A stretch of 63,424 nt of DNA, counting the filler, from Octopus bimaculoides (Eukaryota): assembly GCF_001194135.2 (NCBI RefSeq). It is 5 parts of 5 records of this genome, joined end to end, with 100 filler letters (N's around TTAATTAATTAA, not from the genome) between each part and the next. Parts side by side here need not be neighbours in the genome. Positions count along the whole stretch, not along the records: positions 35,549 to 61,519 come from NC_068983.1; positions 61,620 to 63,424 come from NC_068982.1; 3 more parts are not named here. One strand, 5' to 3'. Below, piece after piece: positions 53,451 through 63,424 of the stretch. Within the stretch, counting starts at the first letter, position 1. The number at the start of each line of letters is the position of its first letter. The notes beneath the pieces were generated by a model that was not told where the DNA came from, did no database searches, and saw only the letters and a list, made by a program, of their open reading frames with translations. The translations under genes were made by a program, and so were the position numbers.

Positions 53451-53496
53451 AACACAACGTTTCGGTTGATATACCCTCCAGCCTTCTTCAGGTGTC
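53451..53496 (-). ncRNA. Minimal type-I hammerhead ribozyme
   Basis: GACAC-CTGAAGA-A-GGCTG-gagggtatat-CAACC-GAAAC-GTT-GTGTT: stem I GACAC/GTGTT, stem II with one mismatch, palindromic ACGT stem III, GUU cleavage triplet. Confidence 0.8.
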
Positions 53497-53596
53497 TTGG
53501 GGAAATTTTGAACCTGGGTTCTCATTCCTAAGGTATTTTTCGATGTTACTATTATCATTATTATTATTATTATTATTATTGTTCAGGTCACTGCTT

Positions 53597-53656
53597 GGAA
53601 TCGAACTCGGAATCTTGGGGTTAGTAGCCCGCGCTGTTAACCACTACGCCATATGC
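53597..53656 (-). promoter_or_regulatory. tRNA-derived Pol III internal promoter (A and B boxes)
   Basis: A-box TGGCGTAGTGG (53641-51), GGG-CTACTAA-CCC anticodon-like arm, B-box GAGTTCGATTCC (53597-608). Confidence 0.85.
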
Positions 53657-54873
53657 GTAGATGAGAACAAATATCTGTCGAATGTAAATAATGTAAATAA
53701 TGTACATAATTCCTCATCTCTTAAATATAGAATATGTAGCAGAAGTTTAACATCAATTCCATGAGACTTTTAATGCCGTATCACATTCTTTTGACATCTA
53801 CTAACCATCAAATACCGAAGTTCTGCTCATCATGAAAGTTGGAAAGGAACTTCTCCGAAAGTATTCTGATTGATAGCAAAAGACATGCACTCAGAGGAGT
53901 TGCAGAACTCTGCTGCAATATGTCATCAGAAAAGAGGCTGCATAAATACCATACAAACAAAAGGTCTTACACGGTTACATATCTAGAAGGCTTCAAAATG
54001 ACAGCAACATTAACAACCAGAGTAATTTATCCTTGACGAACAACCTGAACATTACCTTTCACTTTGAAGGCTATACAGGAGAAAAAATACCTGATATACA
54101 AAATGGATAGGGATACAAATATATCACATAGCTTGATAAAAGATACAAGCTTTGTTCTGACGGCTTTATCTACATGTGAAACACACTCTTGTGGTTTGGT
54201 CAATATATAACGAAACCTGTGGAAAGGATAATCTTGAGGAAATACATATAAGAAACTACGGTGATCTGAATAGTATAATCACACATAACTCGACGTATTT
54301 TTGAAACATTCTTGTCGAGACTTTAATAAAATGCAAGGCCAACAGATTTGATAGAAAAAAGAAACTATGCTGAGTTGTTGAAAATGGTTGCCCAACAAAT
54401 ATCAACATAATAAAAAGCGAAAATCGATACCAAACTGCTCCTGCAGTTAGTTTCCCAAGTGACATGGATCATTGCTTAGGAGTTTGCGAATCCACTATAC
54501 AAAGTACACGTGAAGCTTTCTATTAATTATTACTGGAATGACAGGATTTGTATCGTATTTCGTGGATCAAAACATGGCCGGACTTTAGTTCTAGAAGAAA
54601 GGATTCAACGCTACAGAGGACAATGAAATGTAAGACAGTAAAAATTTCCACAAAAGATAAATGGCTGCTTGAAGAATGAGTAACGGAACAAGATTATTTC
54701 CTTTATAACGTTTCGACTGAGTATTTGGCCGGTTAAAAGGAGTTCTAAAATTCCAATCAAAAAGGGAACAACGTAGATATATCCATACATACACATGTAC
54801 ATAGTTCGTGCGTATGATTATAAGTGAACGAAGTTTGTCTGTATGTGTTTGGTATGTAGTAGAGCTAACCATC

Positions 54874-54906
<33 letters not shown>

Positions 54907-54956
54907 NNNNNNNNNNNNNNNNNNNNNNNNNNNNNNNNNNNNNNNNNNNNNNNNNN

Positions 54957-54992
<36 letters not shown>

Positions 54993-54996
<4 letters not shown>

Positions 54997-57900
54997 CGGT
55001 GCCGCGATCGAATATGCCTTTTTAGCCCAGCTAAAGATCTACAATGTCTTGTACAGAATTGGCAGCTAAAACCTTTACCGGTAGTAGCCGGTTGTAGTTG
55101 TAACTGGGCTTCATGTACCTTTGCATGTTTAAGTACTCCCGCCGAATTGCATTCCCTTCTACATACCTGACAGATATGATTGCATTCCCTTCTACATACC
55201 TGACAGATATGATTCCCTTCTACATACCTGACAGATATGGTTGTCAATCATCTGTCTCGCTTTATGACTCTGAAGATGACTCTTGAGTCCAGCTTTACTG
55301 AGGCAGGGCCTTGCACAGACACTGCATGTCAGCATCATAGGAAGACCCTTACCATCTGGAAGTGCAACAGCGATGCCCTTCCTGACATTCCTCCTTACTT
55401 TCTCATGTGCAACTCGAGATTTCACAAAAGTAACTATCCCCTAGTGCACAATCCTTCTCCACCTACTACAGTCGATAGCTATGCGCTCCGATGTCTCAAG
55501 AGAAATGCAAGCATCTCTTAAGGAAGCCTTCAGCAAGTCCTTATGCCTCTTTTTTGGTTTATGTGGAGGTCGTTCTCCTTTAGCTAACTCTCCATAAAAG
55601 GGTTGTTTCGGCATCCTTGAATCCTTCATTCTAACCATATGACCACTCCATTTGAGCTTCTATACTTTCACACCGAGAGCTTTCCAATATTTAAAGATCA
55701 CTGATGCGATCCTCCCACTTAATATCATATATCCGTCTGAGACACATGTGATGGAAACGTTCCAGTTGTTTAAAGTGGTATCGACGTGGTATCACAGGCA
55801 TAAAGAAGAGAAGAAAGCACACATGCCTTGTATACCTTTATCTTTGTCTTCCTGCATATGTCTCGCCGACTCCTGAGGCGCCTTTCTAGCCTTCCGAAAG
55901 CATCACTTACTTTCCTAATTATGTATGGAATTTCATTATCCAAATTGCTATATCTATTAACAGTGCTTCCCAGGTAGACAAACTGATCAACTACATCAAG
56001 TCGTTTACCATACACATAGATATTTGGTTCACTATACTGCTTACCAGGGGCAGGTTGGTACATGGCAACAGTTTTCTTGAGACTGACTGTCAATCCTAAG
56101 GCAGTGCAAGCATCAGAGAATGCATTCAAAATGTGTTGCACATCAATCTCTGTGTGCGCTACTAGATCACAATCATCTGCATACAAAAGGTCTCCTATGA
56201 TAGAGGTAAATACCTTTGTTTTTCCAGCAAAGCGCCTGATATTAAATATGCTGCCAAAGGTTCGATAATGGATGTAAACACCATATCTGCAGTCTCTGAA
56301 TGCAATACAGAAAGCCATTTCAAAATATGTAGCAAATAGGGTCGGTACCAGAATATCCCCCTATTTCACTCCATTTTGTATTGAGATAGGATCCTACATT
56401 TTCCCTCTAACACTAACCCTACCCTTCATGTCTTCATGAAAAGACCTAACCAAAAGCAAGGAACTTTTCAGGACACCCAAGTTTCTGGAGGACTTTCCAC
56501 AGTGCATTTCTATTAACGGTATCAAAAGCTTTTGTCAGATCGACAAAAACCTGATATAAATTCAGACCCTGTTCCACACACTTCTCCTGAAGCTGTCTAG
56601 CTGAAAAGATCACATCAACAGTGCCGCGTACCACATGAAAGCCAGATTGACTTTCTGGAAGAACACAATCTGCAACGTGTTTCAGCAGACGGTCCAGAAG
56701 CACCCTGCATAAACTTTTTCCTACGACAGAAAGTAATGATATTCCCCTATAATTACAACAATCATTCCTGTTCCACTTCCCTTATATACGACCACCATTA
56801 CTGTATCTCTCCAGTCCTCAGGTACAGATTCACTAGCCCATATCCTACCAAACAAAGAGTGAAGTTTCTGCAGAAATTTCTCACCACCATGCTGTAACAA
56901 CTCCGTATGTATGCCATCCATACCTGGAGATCTCCCATTATTCATCCTTGAGACAGCCACTGCAACATCTTCCAACTTTGGTGATTCTGCGATAGCCACC
57001 TTCACAGGTAATCCAGGGATGAGATTGAGAACATCCTCACTAACTACAGACTGCTGATTCAAAAGTTTATCAAAGTGTTCTCGCCACCTTCGCAGAACTC
57101 CTTGTGAATCACGAAGAAGTTCTTTATCATCCCTGCTTTGAAGTGGCGTCATCAGAGAAGAAGTCGGTCCATAAACTTCTCGCAAGAGACCATACAACAG
57201 CTTTGTGTTATTGGAATCCGACGCCACTTGTATCTCATCAGCCTTCTTACTCCACCATGTATCCCTCATCTGAGAGAGCCTCCACCTCACACGTGATTTT
57301 ACATCCTTGAGTTCCCTATGCAACACTTCCCTCTCCCGTGGCTTTGCTGACAAATAGCGTGACAATAAATCAGTCAATAAATTATCTATATGTTCATCAT
57401 TTTCTTTACACCAATCTTGATACTTTCTTTGTATCAATCTCAGAACTTTCTTGTCTATATTATAAACTGACTTTTTAAGGGTCGGCCAATCCTCCCCAAT
57501 ATCTGCAACATTCATTTCCTCTCGTAAAGTTCTCTTCACTTAAGACAATCAACATTCAGTCTTTTAGGCAGAGTAAACCCTACAACCCAGATTTTACGTT
57601 TTGTGACTAATTCCACTTTTGCACGCACTAGATGGTGGCCAGTCCAACACTCAGCCCCACGAAGAACATGAACACACTGCACATCTCGTCTGCCACGCAC
57701 CCTAACAAGGATGTAATCCAGAATATGCCATTCTTTAGATGCATGGTGCACCCATGTGGTTTTAAACTTTTTCTTTTGTTGAAACATGGTATTGGTAATA
57801 CAGACGCAGCTCCTCACATGTCTGCAGCAGAAGCATGCCATTACTATTACACTTTCTCACCCCACACTTTCCAATTACAGTCTGTGTGTTAAAATCCCTA

Positions 57901-58848
57901 CCCACTCTAGCATTAAAATCACCCAGTACGATGACTTTGCCTGAGGGATATTTCTTATAATGCCCTTCAAAGCATGTTAGAAAGAAACTTGTTCGTCATC
58001 AGTATAGCACATAGTTGGAGCATACACACTCACCAAGGTCACATAATTTCCTTTAACCAAAGGAATTCTCATGGACATAAGCCGCTCGTTAATCCCGACT
58101 GGGAATTCTTCCAACTTGTCCACAAGAGTAGTCTTAACAGCAAATGCCTCTCCAGCCTCTCCGCTAAACTCTTCATTCCTCCCTTTCCAAAAGAATGTAT
58201 ATTTCCCACTAGATTTTGTAAGATGACCATCTCCAACTAATCTTGTCTCGGATAAAGCAACGATGTCAAGATCATAGCGTCAAAACTCCTTCGCAACAAA
58301 CGCAGTTCGTTCAGGATATTCAGAGGATTCGCGGTCAAGCAGCGTCCGTACAATCCAACAGCCAATATTCAATATTTTATTTGGTTCTATCACAGTAGCA
58401 TGATGAAAGCCGGGTTCAGACTGTGATGCTCTGGAGCCCCGTGGTCCCAGAGTCCTTACTGCCATTTATTTTTATACTGTTTTGGTACATCATTGAGTAT
58501 TTGCTTTTTAAGGCTACAGCCAGCCATTCAGTTGAGACTCACAGCACTATCAGCAATCATCAATTAGTTAATCAATTTAATCAATCAATCAATCAATGTT
58601 GTTATCGTGCAATGCCTGTGAAAGATTTTTTTTAAGTGAGAAAAGGCTGTGCACTGAGTCAATCCCTCTCACTAAGCAACAGCAGCCATAATCCGAAAAG
58701 AAGAACAAGTCAACATCATCGGTAACCACTGAGCTGCAGGTTTAATGTCGGAGTTACCCCAGTTACCTTCTCCTAGAAGGATGCCCTAACAAACGCTAGG
58801 GGTCCTTCACTCCCTGAATTACTTGTGAGGGCAGCTCTTGCAGACCAC
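54993..58848 (-). mobile_element. Near full-length RTE-clade LINE, disrupted, with three C-terminal C2H2 fingers
   Basis: 5' UTR with CTAGGAGAAGG; LNIGCWIVRTL, DIVALSETRL, LGDFNA, ILDYILVR, TGHHLV (APE); SPGMDGI, DLTKAFDTVNR, LLYADD (RT); MPKQPFYGEL; stop at 54993-95. Confidence 0.92.
55148..55239. repeat. Tandem triplication inside the second zinc finger of the RTE
   Basis: ATTCCCTTCTACATACCTGACAGATATG at 55151-78, 55184-211 and 55212-39. Confidence 0.95.
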
Positions 58849-59105
58849 CTATGTTGGAAGAAGTCGCTTTGGTTGTCTCAAGGATGAATAATGGGAGGTC
58901 TCCGGGTATGGATGGCATTCATGCAGAGTTGTTGCAGCATGGTGGTGAGAAAAATCTACAGTAACTTCACTCCTTGTTTGACAGGATATGGGATAGTGAA
59001 TCTGTACCTGAGGACTGGAGAGATACAGTAATGGTGGTCTTATATAAGGGAAAGGGCAACAGGAATGATTGTGGTAACTACAGGGGAATATCATTATTTT
59101 ACGGT
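58849..59105 (+). pseudogene. Inverted duplicate of an internal RT segment of the adjacent RTE
   Basis: Reverse complement of ~56730-56985 (VSRMNNGRSPGMDGIH.ELLQHGGEK..SVPEDWRDTVMVV.YKGKG), abutting the RTE 5' UTR. Confidence 0.88.
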
Positions 59106-60458
59106 TAGGTACTTGCTTCTCTATTCACTCAGTTATTCATTCGCTTTAAATGATAAATTATTTCATAAATATCTAGAGCTAGTTTTAAAATGAACACTTG
59201 TGAAAGTCTTTAGATAAGCCAGTGATAAATCTTACATCATACAACCGACATTTTGGAAATATATTTTTCTAATTTCATTTATAGAAAAGTTTGCACAAGT
59301 TATCTTAGTACAGCACAGTTCAGAATCACCATTATTTTCCGTGAAATACCAAAGTTGAAATTTCACAAAATTAGATTGTTTTCTTTTACTTAACACAAGC
59401 ACTACTTCTTTGTAGGAGGTAAACTTGGAAGTTGTGATGTTTGTGATATTTATAATTTTAGGAGCAGAAATAAAATTGCCATTTCACAATTCAAACTTCC
59501 TTTCAACATTAACCAAAAAAGAAATAACAAGTGAAATGATTTTTACGAAAAGGTCAATCAGAAAAATTGAAGTTAAGATGTATAAACCACTCCTGAGGCT
59601 CGATCTCGTGTTGCTGGATTCAGAGTACTAACCAGTACACTACATAAGCAAGCTACCCTGAAATGGTACCTATCGATATACTTCTGCATATCTTACATAA
59701 ACCAGGATAGGCCTAAGGGACGTGATATGTTAAGAAGCTATGTGTTATTGCAATAAATTGGTCTGGTTGAGGTGCTTAGTTCGTGTCAGCTCTGAGCACA
59801 CCTAAAGACGTCCAGACCATGGTAATTCCAACTTTATCGCGATATATGAGGACCATAGTACTCTACATATTCTTTCTTACTTTATTTAGTAGTTGGTGAT
59901 TTGAAAGAAATGTGGATGCTATATCTAGCAAATCTAGCGATTAAGCCGATGTTGTCTTTGTTGTATGGAGTGTAGGCTGTTAGTGAGGACTATGGTGTAA
60001 CAGTTGAGAAATATGCAGTACCAAAGAAACGTGCGCACGCAATTACAAACGCACAACACGCACATACGGTAAAACACACACATACAAAATATATAACACT
60101 GTATTCATAGGATTTTCAGGAAGAACAGAGTAGCTATCATTTACGGCAAGCAGTCAACCAACATCTCAAACCCATTATACCTTTCTTCAGGGGAGAGGGG
60201 GAGATAAAGAGGGAAAGAGGGAGATAGAGATAAAGAGGGAGAGAGAGAAAGGGAAGGAAGAAGAGAGAAAGTGGAGAGAAAGAAAGGGAGAGAGAGACAG
60301 TGATAGCTGTCATCCACGGATGCTTGGCTTGATAACTTTTACCAGGCTATCACTAATTGTTTCAGGCGAGCAGACATAGACGGCCTCTCGACTCTCCCTC
60401 CCTTTAACAAAGAACATCCACAGTGTTACATGTGTAGAGAGAAAGAGAGAGAGAGAGC

Positions 60459-60512
<54 letters not shown>

Positions 60513-61020
60513 NNNNNNNNNNNNNNNNNNNNNNNNNNNNNNNNNNNNNNNNNNNNNNNNNNNNNNNNNNNNNNNNNNNNNNNNNNNNNNNNNNNNNNNN
60601 NNNNNNNNNNNNNNNNNNNNNNNNNNNNNNNNNNNNNNNNNNNNNNNNNNNNNNNNNNNNNNNNNNNNNNNNNNNNNNNNNNNNNNNNNNNNNNNNNNNN
60701 NNNNNNNNNNNNNNNNNNNNNNNNNNNNNNNNNNNNNNNNNNNNNNNNNNNNNNNNNNNNNNNNNNNNNNNNNNNNNNNNNNNNNNNNNNNNNNNNNNNN
60801 NNNNNNNNNNNNNNNNNNNNNNNNNNNNNNNNNNNNNNNNNNNNNNNNNNNNNNNNNNNNNNNNNNNNNNNNNNNNNNNNNNNNNNNNNNNNNNNNNNNN
60901 NNNNNNNNNNNNNNNNNNNNNNNNNNNNNNNNNNNNNNNNNNNNNNNNNNNNNNNNNTATATATATATATACATATATAATAACGAAGGCGTCAAGACAA
61001 TATATAACCGAAAAGGAAAA

Positions 61021-61356
61021 ATTCATTTGTCCCTAATAGTCACTGGGGGTGTAGGTTAGCAGCTATATTGCTAGAAACAAGAGTCAAAGACCCTGATAGC
61101 CAGAAGGAGCACATTGTCTAAGTATTCACAGAGGAGTTAACCGCCCTACAGTGAGTGAGGTCACTATACTAGCAAGTTAGTTCCCAAGCGTAACTAATTT
61201 GCTTGTATAGCGACCTCGTTCGCTGTGGGGCGGTTATTTCTCCTGTCTATACATAGACAATGTGCTTTATGTGGCTATAAGGGTCTTTGGCTCCAGTTTT
61301 TAGCAATATAGGTGCCAACCTGAGCCCTCAGTCACTGTTATTAGTGACAATTGAAT
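61021..61356. mobile_element. 336-bp fold-back element (long imperfect hairpin, MITE-like)
   Basis: Arms of ~160 bp pair along their full length (e.g. ATATTGCTAGAAAC/GTTTTTAGCAATAT, CCGCCCTACAG/CTGTGGGGCGG); loop ~61183-61191. Confidence 0.88.
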
Positions 61357-61467
61357 ACTAAGTACAGTAGTTACTTTACTAATATAGTGGACGCATGGTA
61401 ATCTACGTGAAACTCGATACTTAATAGTAATTGTAGTACATCTATTTGTATACACAAGATTTAGTAC

Positions 61468-61519
<52 letters not shown>

Positions 61520-61714
61520 NNNNNNNNNNNNNNNNNNNNNNNNNNNNNNNNNNNNNNNNNNNNTTAATTAATTAANNNNNNNNNNNNNNNNNNNNNNNNN
61601 NNNNNNNNNNNNNNNNNNNACAACATAAACAAATATTCCTTACATGTTAATTAGTTATAATACCCATGCTTGTTTGTGACGTGGAAAGCCCGACTATATA
61701 TATATATATATATA

Positions 61715-63119
61715 TTAGCAGAAATACCCGGCGTTGCCCGGGTTAAAGAGAATAATGAAATTTTAAAATGCCGTCTAAATTACGCAGGTCTCAACTGCTA
61801 GTACCTAAGATACCAACTTTCTACATTAATAACTCTCCAACCCATGCCAGCATGGAACATAGACGTTAAGTGAAATGTTAAAAGAGAGTTTTCAACTCAT
61901 AGATGTATATATATAAATAAATACACGTAATTCAAAAACACGTTTTGTGTAGCTTATTTCATAACCAAAAAAAAAACAGGTACAGATCGTAAACCATGTA
62001 TGGCTGATTTTGGTAGAGAGCCAAACCGTTGATAAATCTGACCTTGGATCTTGAAAGTTTGCACGAATCCTGACTCAGTTAAATCTCTTTTGGCTCCAAA
62101 TGATGTCATCTGGAGTTTGGAATCTTGATCGGTTGATGACAACAGTTTCTTCAATAGCTCTGGAGGTTGGGGATTGCAGGGAGTTTAACCTTTCCACCAC
62201 TGCAGCACAGTGCAGGTGNNNNNNNNNNTTTATCAGGAAAATTACCGGAAAATCTCCCAGTAATTTCTGTTTTCCTTAACTCGTTAAAATTCCGACAAGA
62301 ACATCCTTAATACTTTAGCTCTCGTCGCAGTAGATATTTCCCTAAATACTAATCTACTTTCACCTCATAAGGATACTTTGTCTCTGTTACTACTGAGCTA
62401 GAAGCGAAATGTCAGAAACAGAAATAATCTCTTTGCGTGGCTAACTTTGACTTAAAGGCTTTTAAAATAATATATCGAGATACCTTTGGGGATGCTTACG
62501 TCCACATTTCGGTTGCTCGGCTAAATCCACTATGATCTTACTGGATAATATAAAGTTAGTTGTACTAAACAACGGCACGATTGAAGATTGAACAACTGGA
62601 AACAATTATAACTCCATCCTTGTTTTCTGTTTTTAATGTTAGCAATATTTTATTCAATAAAAAAGTACATTTCCAGACTAGTATCCATCTCATGCCGAAC
62701 AGTTGTAATAATTCTTCAATCTTAACTTTAAACTAAGACAAAATACATTATAACTTCAGTGAACTGCAATACTGACTATTGTACTACTGGACTAAAACCA
62801 CCAAAAATGATCAGCAATCTAACGTTGCAGTGTTCGGGCTAAATTTGACGATTTTTATGTCTCCTTTTTTCAAGAACACCTTGATGACCTGTCAACGGCA
62901 TTGAAGAGCATAATGATTAAAGTTATAATTGAAAAAACGTTAACTGACATGGAGGACTGAAGGTCATGTCAGCTATACATAAATTTAAGCAAAGCTATGC
63001 CTAAAACTATGTCTATTTGTGTATATATATAGGCATCACTCACTCACGAGTAGGACACGATAGTATGTAGTGCAAAGCTAATTGTTGGAGGTGCCTATGT
63101 AGCTGGAAGTAGATATAGA
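61715..63119 (-). mobile_element. Internally deleted Helitron
   Basis: 3' end on the minus strand: hairpin CCCGG-GCAACG-CCGGG (61727-42), then CTAA|T. RepHel N-terminal remnant CCSGGKVKLP..PPELLKKLL..QMTSFGA..TFKIQGQIYQRFGSL at ~62010-62210. Tentative 5' A|TCTATATC at 63119. Confidence 0.75.
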
Positions 63120-63174
63120 TACCCTCTTGGCCTTGAACTCTTAACCCACTGGAAAATCAAGGATGTGACAGCTG

Positions 63175-63204
<30 letters not shown>

Positions 63205-63217
<13 letters not shown>

Positions 63218-63380
63218 GTGCAAAGCTGATACTAAACTTCAGCTGAGTAGATTGAAGCTGCGTGAAATGAAGTGCCGACTCGAAGGACAAACGCGTCACT
63301 TGATCTGGGAATCGAACCCACGACGATATGATCGGGAGTGGTTTGGTACGGGGACTAACCACTATGCCATATGCTTTTAG
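63205..63380 (-). mobile_element. tRNA-derived SINE head
   Basis: GCATATGGCATAGTGGTTA (A-box) ... GGGTTCGATTCCC (B-box); the first 19 nt nearly match the head at 53656. Confidence 0.7.
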
Positions 63381-63424
63381 ATCTTTAGGTGTAAAACTAA
63401 ATAAAGTCAAAACCCAAGAACCCA

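Larger units (their letters stand above)
53396..53732 (-). mobile_element. tRNA-headed, hammerhead-containing short element with an inverted tail and 12-bp TSD
   Basis: TSD TATGTAGCAGAA at 53384-95 and 53733-44. Head on the minus strand from 53656, HHR at 53451-96, tail at 53396-53438, inverted on the plus strand at 53660-53732. Confidence 0.85.
52590..54620 (+). mobile_element. Heavily decayed R4/Dong-like (REL-endonuclease) LINE, RT to C-terminus
   Basis: GIIRCDSLSEILF (GIFQGDSLSPLLF), LTHCSFVSDLKMQAKN (HLxFxDDLKLxAK), YMYLG, VLHGY..FHFEGY..AIQE..KYLIYKMDRD; REL-like segment at ~54250-54450. Confidence 0.65.

Noticed and set aside
53597-53656. Functional tRNA gene
   Set aside because: No acceptor stem pairing and no terminator; it is a SINE-type head within a TSD-bounded insertion.

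Overview
Repeat-dominated, AT- and microsatellite-rich eukaryotic genomic DNA with many N gaps. The SINE types and repeat landscape suggest an octopus or other coleoid cephalopod (inference). I find no supportable host protein-coding gene, rRNA or intact tRNA gene. Large decayed retroelements: a near full-length Tx1/L1-clade LINE (~748-6404) nested at a (TATC)n site in the 5' UTR of a near full-length CR1/L2-group LINE (~374-10578); a head-to-head Penelope-like element (PLE, 13.0-15.45 kb); an R4/Dong-like LINE remnant (52.6-54.6 kb); and a near full-length RTE LINE ending in three C2H2 fingers (55.0-58.85 kb). There are also Helitron and Tc1/mariner remnants, many SINEs and MITEs, and an AT-rich ~165-bp tandem array. 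The most interesting signal is a recurring set of minimal type-I hammerhead ribozyme (HHR) motifs in small non-autonomous elements with a diverging 'two 3' ends outward' architecture. The clearest case is a 337-bp insertion at 53396-53732 combining a tRNA-derived Pol III head, an HHR, an inverted copy of its own tail and a 12-bp target-site duplication (TSD), i.e. a candidate Penelope-mobilised ribozyme SINE. All alignments and folds were done by eye, boundaries are approximate unless a TSD/TIR is quoted, and novelty could not be checked against databases.
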